Assembly (NCBI RefSeq): GCF_009914755.1
Contig: NC_060930.1
DNA: 64,000 nt
Reading direction: 5' to 3' (one strand)
Source: the human T2T-CHM13v2.0 reference genome, Homo sapiens
Shown: one piece after another, positions 49,273-62,957 of the stretch
Layout: each line of letters starts with the position of its first letter
How positions within the stretch are numbered: the stretch's first letter is position 1
Made by a program: the position numbers and the translations under genes
The notes under the pieces: generated by a model
Database searches by the model: none
What the model saw: only the letters and a program-made list of their open reading frames with translations
What the model was told of the DNA's origin: nothing

Positions 49273-49313
<41 letters not shown>
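49273..49313 (+). repeat. (CA)20 microsatellite
   Basis: Perfect dinucleotide run. Confidence 0.98.
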
Positions 49314-49315
<2 letters not shown>

Positions 49316-51259
49316 CTGTCTTAAAAGTTTTAAGAATTTAAAAGCTATCATTGCAAGATGCAACTCCACACTGTGGTATGATTTTCATATAAGTCACTGT
49401 AGTGGATAATTTTAAAAGAAACCAGATTTTTAAAGAAATATTAAGAAACTGTTTCTGTACTTAGTTCTCAGATAAGAGCAGAACCTGTAGAACCACTGAG
49501 TCTTGTGCAAACCTTTTGTGTGGGTGGGTCTGGAAGAGCATCCAGGCTTTCTCGTAGCTGGAATGTGAGTGAGGCCCATGTGGAGGTAGAAGCGTGAGGC
49601 TCCTTTGGATCAGAAGGCTCTGTAATTCTGCCTAAAGCCAGCCACCCGCTGAATCTCCAAGAGAAGGCAGAAGCCATCCCTTCTCTTGGCGTATTACTTG
49701 TTTGGGAGTCCTCCAAGCGAATGTCCCCTAAATGTCAAACAGAACCGAGCACTGTAAAGTTCTGTTTTGCCAGTGCCTCCCTTGCAATCAGATCCCATTT
49801 TCTGGTTTTGGCATCGCATACTGTTGGAGAATACGAGACAGCTTTGTTGACACCTACACCGGGTGTGTGAACTGCAGGCTATGACACACTGGTGGCAACA
49901 CAAACCTGTATCTTGCTTGCTTCAAAACATACTTCTTCCTTATGGAAAGTACTGGAACACAAATAACTTAAAAATCCCCCAACTTACTTCTGTCAAACAT
50001 AGGGTGTTCTGGGCCTGGTCCATACTTCACCAGCCAGCAAAGAGGCATTTTGATCACTAAGACTTGTTTTCAAATAGGAACTTTCAAACCTTTACTCCTA
50101 CCGATCCCTAGGATATCGTGTAGGTCAAAGATTAGCGAGGGAAGGGACTGGAGCCAGGGATCTGGGCTGGAGGTGGAGTAAGAGTGGAGAACTGGCCGTG
50201 ACGAGGGTGGAGGGTGCGGGTGGTGAGGGGAGGCAGCTAGTTCTGTGCTTCCCGCTGGCAAAGAGTCCCCCGCTCCCTCCTTCTTTTCCCCTCAATGTTC
50301 AGATAATAAAAAACAGTCTCTTTAAAACATCCAATTTATTATGGATTTAATCTCTAACGATGATATGCTGGAGTGGATGGCATATATCTAAGAAAGCTCA
50401 AGCCTTGGCAACACGGTGCCTTTTGACTCCCAGCCACCTGCCTTTGGTCTAGTTTTCTTTTTCAAGTTGTGATACCTCTGATGGGAATAATTTTTAAATG
50501 GGAAAACTGTGATCAAGATATACTTTTAAGTCTGAAGGTCTTCATTATTATCGAAATAGGTGAAAGAAGACGAGAAAATAGGGCTGTGCTTTTCCTTCCC
50601 TACTTTCTAGTCACATTCTAGAATAACAGAAGTCAGGAAAGAAGGAAGGCAAAGCAAGGAAATCAAGAGAAATTGGCTGAGGGGCTGGGGAGGGAGGGAG
50701 AATTAAAACTGGAGGGAGACTCCAGAGAAGATGACTCTTGATATATGCATATGCTACCCATTTAATGCTGTATGTTGCCACTAACACACATTGTTGATTT
50801 CAGGGTTACAGCCTACGAAACAAACTGCGTACTTTGTTCCTAGATACACTAATTTTGGGACTCCCTCTCTGAACACACAAGAAAACTCAACCACTACTTC
50901 AAATACCTCCTCACACATTTATATCGGTTGGAGATTTGTTTAGATTAACAGACTCTCCAAGGGTTAAGATAGTAGGTCATTCATACCTTAATGTCTTTTT
51001 TTAAAAAAAATTAAAATCCCAGCTAGCTGCAATGGTCTCAGTGATTCAGAGCTTTGCAGTAAGGGAAGAGAGCAGGAGGCCAGGGGAAGAGGAGGCCAGC
51101 CTTCCCTTCCTTCCTCCCACCTTGACTAGGGCTGCTTGATGATGCCCATATGGTGGTTGGCCTCTGAAATTCTTCCTTCTCGACAAGGTCTCCTGAAATA
51201 AAATTTAGGTTTCCAAGGTGAATAAGGTCTAGTTTAAGTAACATGATATATGGAAATAA

Positions 51260-51766
<507 letters not shown>

Positions 51767-53859
51767 GACATCTATTTCTTCAGAGCACTGCACAGTTATC
51801 ATCAGCTCCTTAGCCCTGGGTGAAGCAGGCACAGCACAGCAAACAGCTGCAAGAAGTGGATGTGATTCTGCATCTGAAAGCACAGAGGTGGGTCTGGACC
51901 TCCAAGAATGGAGTCACACCAAAAGATGTCAAGGTGCTGAGTAAACTTCTGGGAAGAACTGCTGGAGGAGCGAACTCTGGTTATTGGTGATTCTTGAAGA
52001 GTGTGTCCTGTTTCAGGGTAGTGAATGTGACAGATCTCTGCAGCAGGCAGCTGCCACTTCATCCCTGCTCCTGAAAAGTGACACTCGGGGGATACAATCT
52101 GCTTCCAGGTGCTCCCTGGAGCCCGGACCATGAGGACCTGTGACTAGAATAGCCTGCCCAGAGCTGTAAAATGTGCTTATTCTATGAGACCTGCACCGAA
52201 ATTACCTTTCAGGAACAGAGAAATATTCTGTGAGGAAGCTATGCAAGGTGGCCTCTTGAGGAAGGGGGCACAAGTAGACATTTCCAGTTTGTTCATGAGT
52301 TTTCAAAAAAGCAAGCTATGCTCCTTACAGGAATGAGAATCTTGCCTTGTTGGAGAATAATGAGTACACAGATTTTTGTGATTGTTATTCAAGCTGCCAA
52401 TCCTGGTAGCTATTCAGTAGATAAGTAATTAGTAACAGTTTTGTTGGACCATGAATATCAGAGATTCATACCCTTTGAATAGAACCTTAATACAGCAGTA
52501 AAGGTTTATAGCTGTATAAAGCTGTCCAGCTGGAGTGGAGGCAACCCGCAACATTTTCCATGCAAAACCCACTCACATGATGCATTCCCCACCCCACCTC
52601 ACTCCCGTCGGAGAGGCAGGGCAAAGGGAGCAGATGTTTGCACAGGAATTTTCCCAGGGCTTAATTCAAGAAGCTAAAACGGTGAGCACACCTGAGCAAA
52701 TGAGGCCTGGCTCTGGCGGGCAGCCCCGGGCACAAGCCCCACATTTTTCCAAGACTATGTTTTCCGCACACAGAGGGCCATAGAGGGTAGAAAAGAAAGG
52801 CATTTTCAAGCTTGAAAGTTGGAATTCTGTCCACTTGCTATACTGTTCAACTTTATCAGCTTTCATGAGGGGACAAAGAAGAACCACAGTAATTTTTAGC
52901 TTGTTGAATTTTGTGGTTTATTTATTTACATCTCAGAGAAAGACTTCATCTAATGCTACCCTCCCACCCCGAATAAAAACGGCACTGGACACTATAATGT
53001 TGAAATAGCCACTGACCTTAAAAGCCACTGTCTCAGGCATTGCCAGTAACAAAATTGGGAGTTGGATATTTAAGCAAATTGTACTTAATAAAGGCCATAT
53101 TTGCCTAAATAGAAAAACGGAGATGCAGTACCACCTAAAGTGAAAAAATGTTGAAAGTTTCAGTAGATTATTCCAATGTAAAATAAAATCAGCTTCTTCA
53201 AATATTTCAACAGAGGTACAAGTCTTCATTTGAGAATTTACATTTCCCATAAATTAATACTGTCCTAATGAATGTACAATTTTGCAGACACCAGTTAGTC
53301 TGGGATCTTGCCTATAGTCGTTACTCAATCAATATTACTTGAACTGAAGGACAAGACAGCAATCTGTGAGACCAAAAAAAATAATAAAGTTTCTACACAG
53401 CAAGCATTTTCTATAATAGGCATATCTCAAACTAATAAGGCAGGAAGTATATTTAAAAAAATGTTTTTGCTTTAGGTCTAAAAGATTTTCCTTTCCAACT
53501 ATAAAACAGCTGAAATCATGTATCCTCAGCCCAACATAATTTCACGCCTAATTTATGGAAATAGAATACCAAAGGCCTCTGAAAGGGAGAGGGCAGGCAG
53601 GAGAGAAAGGATAGTGTGACATTAACACAGGGACCTGCTCCGCTGTTGTTCGGCAGGAGGTAGGCCTGGGCGAGTCTGCCCTACAGGGCGGCACAGTAAG
53701 ATTCCAGCAAAAACATGTGTTATGCGGGGAGGAGGGGGCGCTCCGCTGAATGAACTTACTGTTACCTTTTTCCCCCTCTAACATAAGTCTTCTTTTTCCT
53801 GATACTGTCTGAATTTGAAACATCTAATTTAATCCATTGGAGGGCCAGTCTTCCTTTTA

Positions 53860-55340
53860 TTTCCTGTCTGTACTGAAGCAGTCGCCTGTTTCAATTACGA
53901 CTTTCTCCAGCTCCTACATTTCTTGTGCTCCAGCTGGCTCAAAGTGCACTTCCTTGGAAGGTAAAATGCACTAACTGTGCTGATCGGAGACTGATAGCTG
54001 GAGAGCCACAATATTTAATAGCTGCGCTGATAAGGAGGTTTAAAAAAATCCATTTTTGAGCCTAAACAAAAGGATATTATGTAGCTGCATGTTCAATTAA
54101 GATCTAGTTAAATTCTTTTTTCCCATTATGTGGAACCTCATGCAGGCAGCCGACATAACTCATAGTGTTATGGCAAATTTCATCGGCACTGTATGTTTGA
54201 GAAATGTTTCCCTCCTGCTTTTCAGTTAGTTACTGCTGATTTGGGACCAGCTTGGTGCAATTATTTCAAAGAACAGAAATGTGGGATTGATACGGCATTC
54301 TTGCAAAACCCTGGCTGGCTAAAAATAAGACTGTTTTGCAGTCGAGAAGGCAAAAAACGTCTCTGGGCTGTAAACACCAGTCAATGTATTTCTTTTCTGC
54401 TTTATGAAAACCACAATTTTTTTTTTCTTTTTTCCGTCTCTCCTTACTCATAGTGTAGTTTAATTACAGTTTAATCTCTTTCAGCGAGCAGCCCTTGAGA
54501 CCTTATTGTTCAACCACAGTATTATCAAGGCTACAGCTACAATTTATGGCAAAAGGTGGAGGCTCCCCTTTAGAAAAACCAAAATGCTCCCTTCCCGTCC
54601 CCAAATAAATAAATAAATAAATAAATATAATAGTTACTTTATTACAAACTCACATTACAAATTTTTATTAGGCTCTAGAGATGCCAGGCCAATAATTAAA
54701 GAAATACCTGAGAGGTGTTGATCAACACTTACCCTGTTTAACTCTGCTGGGTCAATAAATCTGCAGGAAAACTTTTAAGTTAACAAGATTGTTTGGGCCT
54801 CTAGTTGCTGAAAATATTTGGTTACACTGAGGGGAAATGAGGTGGGAGAGAGTGGAGGAGAGGTTCAGAAGTAAAAAATGGACTCTCCACTTGCTTGGGG
54901 TACAGGAAATATACAGTAAAGAGTTTGCTGCAACTGAAGGGGTGAATAAGGTCAGTAAATTATTTTTGCTGCTTTAAGCTCACAGGTATGATTTAGTGTC
55001 TCTGAGTTTTAATACACATTTTGAAAGAAGTGCCAAAATCCTAGGGGTTTCAATAAAAGAGAAGGTAAAACTTGGCTGTTCACCACAAGAAAACAGATTC
55101 TAAGCATAAGGTGACTGCTCAAATTCAAGGCGAAACTTTAACCATTAATTTGTCGTTGTTTTTGTTTTTAATAAGATGCGCTGTTTCCTTTTTGTCTTCA
55201 TTCTTTAAATGCTTTATGGTCAATTTGATTTGTAAATTCATTTGCTCTAAAGAAGCAAGAACAATAAAAGCTCTCTGTGCAGTTTGCCAGTCCTCACTGC
55301 TACGTGGCGAGTTCCCCTTGTGCACACCAGCTTGGTTCTA
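53860..55340. promoter_or_regulatory. Candidate conserved non-coding element or enhancer cluster
   Basis: No recognisable TE. Motifs: GATA 54028, MEF2-type CTAAAAATAA 54319, FOX TGTAAACA 54369, RUNX AACCACA 54409 and 54512, SOX ATTGTT 54505 and AACAAT 55260, HOX/CDX TTTATGG 54543 and 55213. Confidence 0.4.
54603..54626 (+). repeat. (AAAT)6 microsatellite
   Basis: Direct reading. Confidence 0.95.
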
Positions 55341-56472
55341 AAGAGGCCGTGGAAGCCATGCATTTCCCGTCAGTCTGAACTCACGGCTGGCCAGCGGGCA
55401 GATGCCCATGTGGCGCACCCCGGCCATCCCTGAGGCTCATCTCCACCACTGGTAACTGTGGCGTCTGCCACCTCCACTTCTCCTCTCTGCTTTTTTCTTC
55501 CCCACTGTTGGGATTCTGGGTAAAACTGTTGGCTTTATTGCTAATTTTGCCAGTGAATCAGAACTGCAGTGCGTGCTGGGCCTCAGCAGATTCACTACCA
55601 CAGAACACTCAGATCTCCTATGTGTCATGAATTGTATATGCTTTCATTTAAAATTATAGAACTTCATTATACATTAACTTTATAGAAAGAAGCCAGCAAA
55701 CAGAAAATTCTAAAAATTTATTAAAAACTCACTTCGAATCCTTATCAATAGGTTTTTTTTTTACATGGCAGAAATGTGTTTATTCTATTTTGTGATTTTC
55801 TAAAATTCTTTAACATCATACGCTCATTTTCAATGGCAGCTGAACTATATTACCCTTAATATTTTTTAGGCTAAAGTCATCTCTGCCAAACTTTAAGGCA
55901 TAGAACACTAAGCTCTCAATGGAATGTATTTCCAAGGGCTTCAAAAGAATTAATGCCTTCGTTCGAGGAAAAACCTTGGTCTCTAAGTATCCTGTAGCCA
56001 ACCTTCTAAAGAAGTTGAGTGGCTTTCTATTTCAAAAAGAAATGAAGACAGCTATCTTACCATCTATAACAGAGTGTGAACTTTCCCACCTGCTTTATTT
56101 CATTTTTGGAGCTGATGGGTCTCTCTTCAGTAACACAGAACTCATATCTCTGTCTTTATATTGTTAGATTTCTATAAGGTAAATTATTAGTTTAGTTCTT
56201 TGAGATGGTTCAATGCTAAGTTGTTGGATTTTTATTAAATATTAATATAAGAAGGGGTCTGACATTTATGCTTTATTTTTCCTGGTAGTTATATATGCAC
56301 TACAGTATTACAAGATACACTGTTTCTTTTCTGACCAGGAGGAACATATCTTACTAAAAAGTGTATTTTGATGTATTGACAGTCCCCCACATACATGCCA
56401 CTGTACAGAGTTATATGGTATTCTGCTGTACTGCTCTAACATGTTTACCATAAGCATTCTAACAGTACAGGG

Positions 56473-56913
56473 CAGCAGTTCCCAAAGTATGGTCCAGGCA
56501 CCTCTGGAGGTCTCTAAGATGCTTTCGTTTGGTCTTCAAGGGCAAAACCATTTTTATGATAATACTAGAACCATACTTCTTTGGCATCCACATTCTTTCA
56601 CCGATATACAGGAGATACTGAAGCAGTTAAGAGAACTCAACTGTCTTCTGTTAATGCAGACATTAATGAGATTTTTTTAAATTTTGAAACAATGCCACTT
56701 TACTAATATTTTTGTCTGGGAAAATACAGTTATTTTTCATAAAAATATTTATCACGTTATTTTTAAATGAATAAATATCCTTTAAATGTTGCAGTTTTAT
56801 CTCCTACTATGGTTGATAGATATAACCCACATAAGCAAAAGTGCTTTTGGACCCTCAGCATTTTTAAGACTGTCAAGAGGAGTTCTGAGACAAAAACAGT
56901 TGGAGAAACTCTG
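56473..56913. mobile_element. Charlie4a-like hAT DNA transposon
   Basis: CAGCAGTTCCCAAAGTATGGTCC start, GATAGATATAACCCACATAAGCAAAAG, GAGAAACTCTG end. Degenerate 8-bp TSD GTACAGGG / GTATAAGG. Confidence 0.85.
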
Positions 56914-57026
56914 GTATAAGGTATTTAGGTTGTTTCCAATTTTATGCTCCTTCATTATGAAACTTCAATTTATATGAAAATGTAGATATATGTAATTGTG
57001 GTAAGTATATAAAAATATATGTGGGT

Positions 57027-57170
57027 TCTGGGCTTGCTGGTATGAGACAGTAGTCCCAGCTACTCAGGAGGCTGAGGCAGGAAGATCTTGTGAGCCAAGG
57101 AGTTTGAGTCCAGCCTGGGCAACATAGTGAGACCCTGTCTCTAAAAAAGGAAACAAAGGAAAGAAAAAAA
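57027..57170 (+). mobile_element. FLAM_A-like Alu monomer
   Basis: Single arm TAGTCCCAGCTACTCAGGAGGCTGAGG..CAGCCTGGGCAACATAGTGAGACCCTGTCTCT with an A-rich tail. Confidence 0.85.
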
Positions 57171-57467
57171 GCTTTAAAAAGGTATCTGGGTAATCAACTT
57201 TTCTCTCCAAGTCCAATTTAGTCCCTCATACATTGGAGGAAGGAGTTAGTCATTCAAAAATTAAAACAGGTCCTAGTATTTGCTTATCATAGGCTAACGT
57301 ACTGAATACTACTAAAGGTTCTTATAAATTGAAAACTCGGTTTTGGATTAGAGAGGCAGATTCCTTTAGATTAGGGTTTATGCTGTCAATGTAATTCAAA
57401 TCAAAGAAAGACTGAATTTCAGGATGGGTGCTCTATCAACTGTCAAAAGAGACCTCGAGCACATGGG

Positions 57468-57468
<1 letters not shown>

Positions 57469-57501
<33 letters not shown>
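57469..57501 (+). repeat. (AC)16 microsatellite
   Basis: Direct reading, with a degenerate RY extension to about 57523. Confidence 0.97.
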
Positions 57502-57503
<2 letters not shown>

Positions 57504-58079
57504 CACGCACATGCATACACACAAATCCTTAATGAGACCCGAGTCTGTAGGCTCTTTTGTAACTGAACAAATCGGGGCTTAAACATTGTTTCCACTCTGT
57601 CCATTTTGTTATTTGACACCAAAACCGTCTGTTATTACAGCTATTAATAGTTGGCAGTGACATATAATAGATTTGAATTTGTCTAGGTTAGAATTTAGGA
57701 TTCTTACATATCAAAATGAGAAAGAGGCTCTGTTGATATTTTCACATACTGATACTAGCATTGAATCACAGGGTTTTATTTAAGCCATGGTTACCTTTCA
57801 AAAATAGAACCGTAAATATCTCTCAACTTCAGGAACCAACTAATGGTTCTTCCTCTGAGTTGACAGCCACTGCTCAGTCTGTATATGTATGTCATCAGGT
57901 TTAGGATAAAGAAATCTCATCATTCAACCACTCCAGCCTTGTGAATTATGGATAGATTCTGTCTTCGTGCTATAAATATAATATGCATATTTGTCTTAAT
58001 TTAGACCAGAAAAATCTCAATACGGGGAGAGGAGTGGAAGCAGTTTTTATGCTTTGAAAAAGCATTTTCAGAATTATAA

Positions 58080-58359
58080 TTTTTTTTTTGAGACAGGGTC
58101 TTGCTGTGTTGTCCAGGCTGGAGTGCGGTGTGGCAATCAGGGCTCACCGCAGCCTCAACTTCCTGGGCTCAAGTGAGCCTTCTGTCTTAGCCCCCTGAGA
58201 AGCAGGACTACAAGTCTGTACCACCATGCCTGGCAAATTTTTACATTTTTTGTAAAGACGAGGTCTTGCTATATTGTCCAGGCTGGTCTCGAACTCCTGG
58301 GCTCAGGCAATCCTCCCACCTTGGCCTCCCAAAGTGTTGGGATTATACTGCACTCAGCC
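58080..58359 (-). mobile_element. AluJ
   Basis: GAGACAGGGTCTTGCT..CAGCCTCAACTTCCTGGGCTCAAG. About 10 bp deleted near the Alu 5' end. Confidence 0.92.
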
Positions 58360-58509
58360 TAATTGTTTTGTTTTAGTCACAATATTTAGTTTAAAAATTC
58401 AAAGAACATATTAGAGGCAGTGAGATTTACTGATAGGGATCCCATGCTTAAGCTGACGGATTGTTACTCTCATACAATCCTGTCCCTGTTTCAATCTTAA
58501 TCAAGGGGT

Positions 58510-58655
58510 AGACCCATGGACTGTGAACCCCATGAGGGCAGAAACTGTGTCCATTTTTCACCCTTGTTTTGACAATACCTATACCATAAACTCATTAGAA
58601 TTCATTAGGATAGTTTTTATAAATGTATCTATTATTCTAATTTTTAACTGAATGA
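58510..58655 (+). mobile_element. L2 3'-end relic
   Basis: GACTGTGAACCCCATGAGGGCAGAAACTGTGTC ... TGAATGA. Confidence 0.65.
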
Positions 58656-58659
58656 CACC

Positions 58660-59075
58660 ATCAAAGCCATTCAGTGGGGCCAAGGGAGGTGTTTTCAGTA
58701 AGATTCCAGAGCAACTGGATGTCCATGTGGAAAGTAATTAATCTCCATCCCTATCTCACATCACACACAAAATTAGTTAGCAGTGGATCATAGAGGTAAA
58801 TGTGAAAGCCACAACTATGGAGCTTCTCAAAGAAACACAGAATATCTTCATAATCATAAGGATTAAGGCAAATATTTCTTAAAGGCACAAAAATCACTAA
58901 CCATGAAAAAAATTATAAACTGGACTTCATGACAGATAAAAACTGCTCATCAAAAGAGAGCATTAAGGAAGCGAAAAGGAAAGCCACAGATTCGGAGAAA
59001 TATTTACAATGGACATAACTAGCAGAGGACTTCATTTCTAGACTATATAAATAACTAGAAATTCATAAGGAAAAG
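58660..59075 (+). mobile_element. Old L1M (L1ME-like) ORF2 fragment
   Basis: CAACTGGATGTCCATGTGG, CCCTATCTCACATCACACACAAAATTA, TGGACTTCAT, AAGCCACAGATTCGGAGAAATATTT. Confidence 0.8.
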
Positions 59076-59076
59076 C

Positions 59077-59227
59077 CATTTCCCACTGTATTATGTAATT
59101 TGCAGTACGCTTTTCTGCCTCCCTGATTAAACTGATAACTTCTTGTCATGTATTTGATCAACTGTGTGTTCACAGTTCCTAAGGTGAGTCAGGTACCAGG
59201 AACAAGGAACATGCTTGAATGAATGAA
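59077..59227 (+). mobile_element. L2 3'-end relic
   Basis: TCTGCCTCCCTGATTAAACTG..CAGTTCCTA..TTGAATGAATGAA terminus. Confidence 0.55.
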
Positions 59228-59926
59228 CAAGTTGCTGCCGTGCTGTTGGTTTGATCCTATTTCTCAGGGCAAATGATGACTGTTAGTTGGAAAATTGGGG
59301 GCTCTTAGCTTTTCCTTATGATGAGGCTTGGCTAAGTTAAAGGTAGTCCTGAAGGTCACGTAACTAGTTTCATTTCCTTCTAATCTCATTTTTATTATTG
59401 CCACTTCTACCACACATACTGAAGTCTTACTTGTCCACCTCTTGCTAAACAGAGACATGAGGCAATGGCTACGGTGCGGTTAAATGAATGACTTGTAGAG
59501 CAGAGAGCTAGCTGAACATCTAGAACTTACTTTCAAAAGAAATGGAATTTTCTTATTGATCACTATTTAGAGCTTGAATTTAGATCCGGCTTCCTGACAG
59601 TGTTTCATACAGTTTAGTACAGAACTGAATTTCTCTAATCCTAGGTGCCAGGTACATACATACAATGGTTACATCAAAGGAGATAAATTTCAAGTTTTAA
59701 AATATTAAAAAATTAATATTGCCTAATGTTGCCATTTAGAAAAAGATCAACTTATCTTGAGAATTTCAAGATTTTCCTTTCCTCCAAACATATTAAAAGA
59801 TAATAGCTAGAATTCCATTACTTACTAAACTGAACCCAACATTACAAAATACTACTGATATAAATGAGTAATTTTTTAAAAAAAATCCTAAGCTTGCTCA
59901 CTCAGACTTCTTTGCACTAGTGCATG

Positions 59927-59956
59927 CTCTCTCTGTGTGTGTGTGTGTGTGTGTGT
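59927..59956 (+). repeat. (CT)4(GT)11 compound microsatellite
   Basis: Direct reading. Confidence 0.95.
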
Positions 59957-60193
59957 ACACCTATACACATCCATTATTTACCTATCTCTGTGTCTATATT
60001 TAATGGAATTAAACACAATTAGTATTTAAGGAAATTTTAGGTCCTTATCTTTTTCTTTCTCAAAGATGATTTTATATCAATACTTTCCATGAACACATCT
60101 GGTGTTTCTTTATAGCCTGGATTTACTAAATGTCATATCTAATGAAAGAGGGATTTATGTTTTTTCAACATAAATTCATTTTATTTTCTCCAG

Positions 60194-60294
60194 GCTCCTC
60201 CCTCACTACTCAAAGTTGATGACTTCTTAAACCAAAATGGTTGGTCAGAATCCAATCAAGAATATAAAGGCAACTGAATAAATAAAACCATGAA
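60194..60294 (+). other. Candidate 101-nt spliced exon (lncRNA or 5'UTR)
   Basis: Acceptor TTCATTTTATTTTCTCCAG|G and donor GAA|GTAAGT in unique sequence. Confidence 0.4.
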
Positions 60295-61064
60295 GTAAGT
60301 GTAAAATACTAGTGTCCAGACATCTGAGATGTATGTGGCTACTATGAAACTTCCACAGCTGTACCGGCCGGGAGCTCACGTGGTTCCCCAGGTTTAACAG
60401 AACCCATTACCAGTAAGAGTTTTATTTGCTTAATAAATTACATTCTAAAGCACAATAGCCTAGGCTCATAGCTGTAAAATTGCCAAATATTGTCAATGAC
60501 CACTCTCTGGTCATAAATAACAAAATAATCTTGTGACTCATTGGATTTTTGATTCCCAAGGCGATTCTTTCTCGCCATTACTCAAAAATGTGAAAAAGTG
60601 CCTCTACGTGGCATTTTATGGAGGATATAAATTACTCAAAGGAGATGACATAGGACAGATTTGTAGGCCGAGTAACAGGAACCAGCCAACCAACTGTGTA
60701 AATTAAAGAACTAGTGACAAAGAAGAGGGCTAGTGAAAGAATTCTGAAATCCTAAGAACAGATCAGGATTAAGATCCTGAAAAGACAATCTTGGTATAAA
60801 AGAAAAGAGAATCTTTTCTCTTTTCAGGGGAATGGAGGGAGAGTGATGCAACAACCACGCATGGAATATTTACGGTAACCGGAGGGTGATACGTTACAAT
60901 ACAACTCAGGTTCACTTTGAAATATATTTTATATTTATAGTCTTATTTGCACATATCAAAGGGTAGACACTGGTATCAAGTGTCACAGAGATAAACATTG
61001 GAGGGTTATTTTTAATAACCAATATTAATTCTTAAATGTGGTTAACAGTTCCTTCGGTTACGCA

Positions 61065-61840
61065 GCTCAACTACACTGAGCAGTTGCTATGTGGTAGCCC
61101 CTGAGCCGGGGGTGGGGTATTGAAATTAATAAGGCACAGCCCTGCCCTCCCCTAGAGGAGCTCACATTCCAGAGGAGAGGGAGCTGGCTAACTGCGTATG
61201 TCACTGTGTGCTGTCACAGAGCAGCCCCAGGTGTGGGATGGGGCACACCAGAGGGAGGGAACTCAGCTGGATAGGTGGGCAGGACAAGTGGGAGGAATAG
61301 GCAGGGGGCAGAGGAGAAGTTTATTTATTTTTATTTTTTTGAGATGGAGTCTTGCTCCGTCACCCAGGCTGGAGTGCAGTGACTCACTGCAACCTCCATC
61401 TCCTGGGTTCAAATGATTCTCCTGCCTTGGCCTCCTGAGTAGATGGGACTACAGGTGTGTGCCACCACACCTGGCTAATTTTTGTATTTTTAGTAGAGAC
61501 AGGGTTTCACTGTGTTGGCCAGGCTGGTCTCGAACTCTTGACCTCAGGTGATCCACCTGCCTCGGCCTCCCAGAGTGCTAGGGTTACAGGCGTGAGCCAC
61601 CACACCTGGCTGAAAGGAGCAGTTTTATGGCAGGGGGAGCAGGGTATGTGAAAGAGGCGTGAAGAGCCTGATCTGCCAGGGAACAGACAGGGAGGAGGGG
61701 AAGAGGGAAGGTTGGCAGGGGTCAAAATTACTAAGGGTTTCCTCAGCCAAAGGAGATGACTGGACATAACCTTGCAGACAAGCAGGCCAATGGCGAGATC
61801 AGATTGGCATTTAGAACGATTATTCCTTTATCACTGTGGC
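61065..61840 (-). mobile_element. L2 relic interrupted by an Alu
   Basis: AATAAGGCACAGCCCTGCCC..GAGGAGCTCACATTCCAG and GATCAGATTGGCATTTAGAACGAT, purine-rich as expected for reverse L2. Confidence 0.7.
61323..61611 (-). mobile_element. AluS (Sx/Sz) with a ~11-bp deletion
   Basis: Full body with GCAGTG joined to ACTCACTGC. TSD AGGAG(A/C)AGTTT at 61312-61322 and 61615-61625. Confidence 0.94.
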
Positions 61841-62957
61841 TAATTTCATTAGAACACCATTTAATGATCAAAGTTAGGCATTTTGGCTTTTAAACAGAAC
61901 AATAATGGAAACTAAAAACATACCTTTGTGGCAATTATGTATCCTTGTGGCATTTTCTGTGGAAACGGGAAGTATCTCACAATGATACTTAGGCATGAGC
62001 TTGTCTTTTCTCCTAGTTTTTTTTTTCCCTCTCCCAGTATTGCTGTAAAGTGGTTTGTAATTGTTTTAGGAAGATTCTGACAACATGAAACAGAATCTTG
62101 ATGAGAGCTGGTCCTGTGTTTAGAGGAAAGACTTTTACAGTCTTCTTTTGGTTTTCTGATTACTTCACTGACCACAAGACAATGCTGTGCTGAGTAAACG
62201 CTCATATATTTCTGAAGTTGAAATGATAAAATAATTATTTAAGATCTTTCACCCTTGTCAAAAAGAAATATGTCCTTTTCCATAAAAGTCATCTAAGAAC
62301 ATACTCTTGCGATCTTTTCTAATATTCAGTATGATGCCATGAAGTTTGAACTGCCATGAATAGACATTTGGACAAACAAGTCATGGAAGCCTTATCAGCT
62401 GAGTTTTATTAATGTCTAGTTATAATTCTCCAGTATTTTTCACAGAGTAGGTGATTAAAAACACCTTCAATAAATGAAATAAATGAGTACTGCTTTTAAC
62501 TGGAGTAGATTATTTCATTTTATTGTATCTTTAAGACACAAAATCTTATTTGTACAATAATTAAAATATTTAGACTAGTCAAGCTTTTTTTTTTTTTTTT
62601 TTTCAACTGAAGCCCTTCACAATGCTTTCTGGAGACTTACGGGAAAGAGGTGTCTTGCTTCCTGTTACAACAAGCATTTGAAACATCTACAGGCACAACC
62701 TTCGTGCCTCACTGAAAGATGCAAATACTGCTCATCCTCCACTGCCACTGCACACAGTAGGCACTCCACGTTTAATGACAGTGATGTACTGGTTTTCTAT
62801 TCCTATTTTGCTATCTGCAATTCTTTGAGTAAGTTTGATGGTCCATTACAGTACAATGTCCACAGAATTCTCTTGGGCTATCTAACACAAATCCACTAGA
62901 AATTAAGTACCTAATTTTAAAAAGCTCTGTTTTCATATTAGAATCAAAAGCTCTGAT

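Noticed and set aside
53728-53745. CTCF-like motif AGGGGGCGCT
   Set aside because: Only the 3' half of the core matches, and the 5' CC positions are absent.
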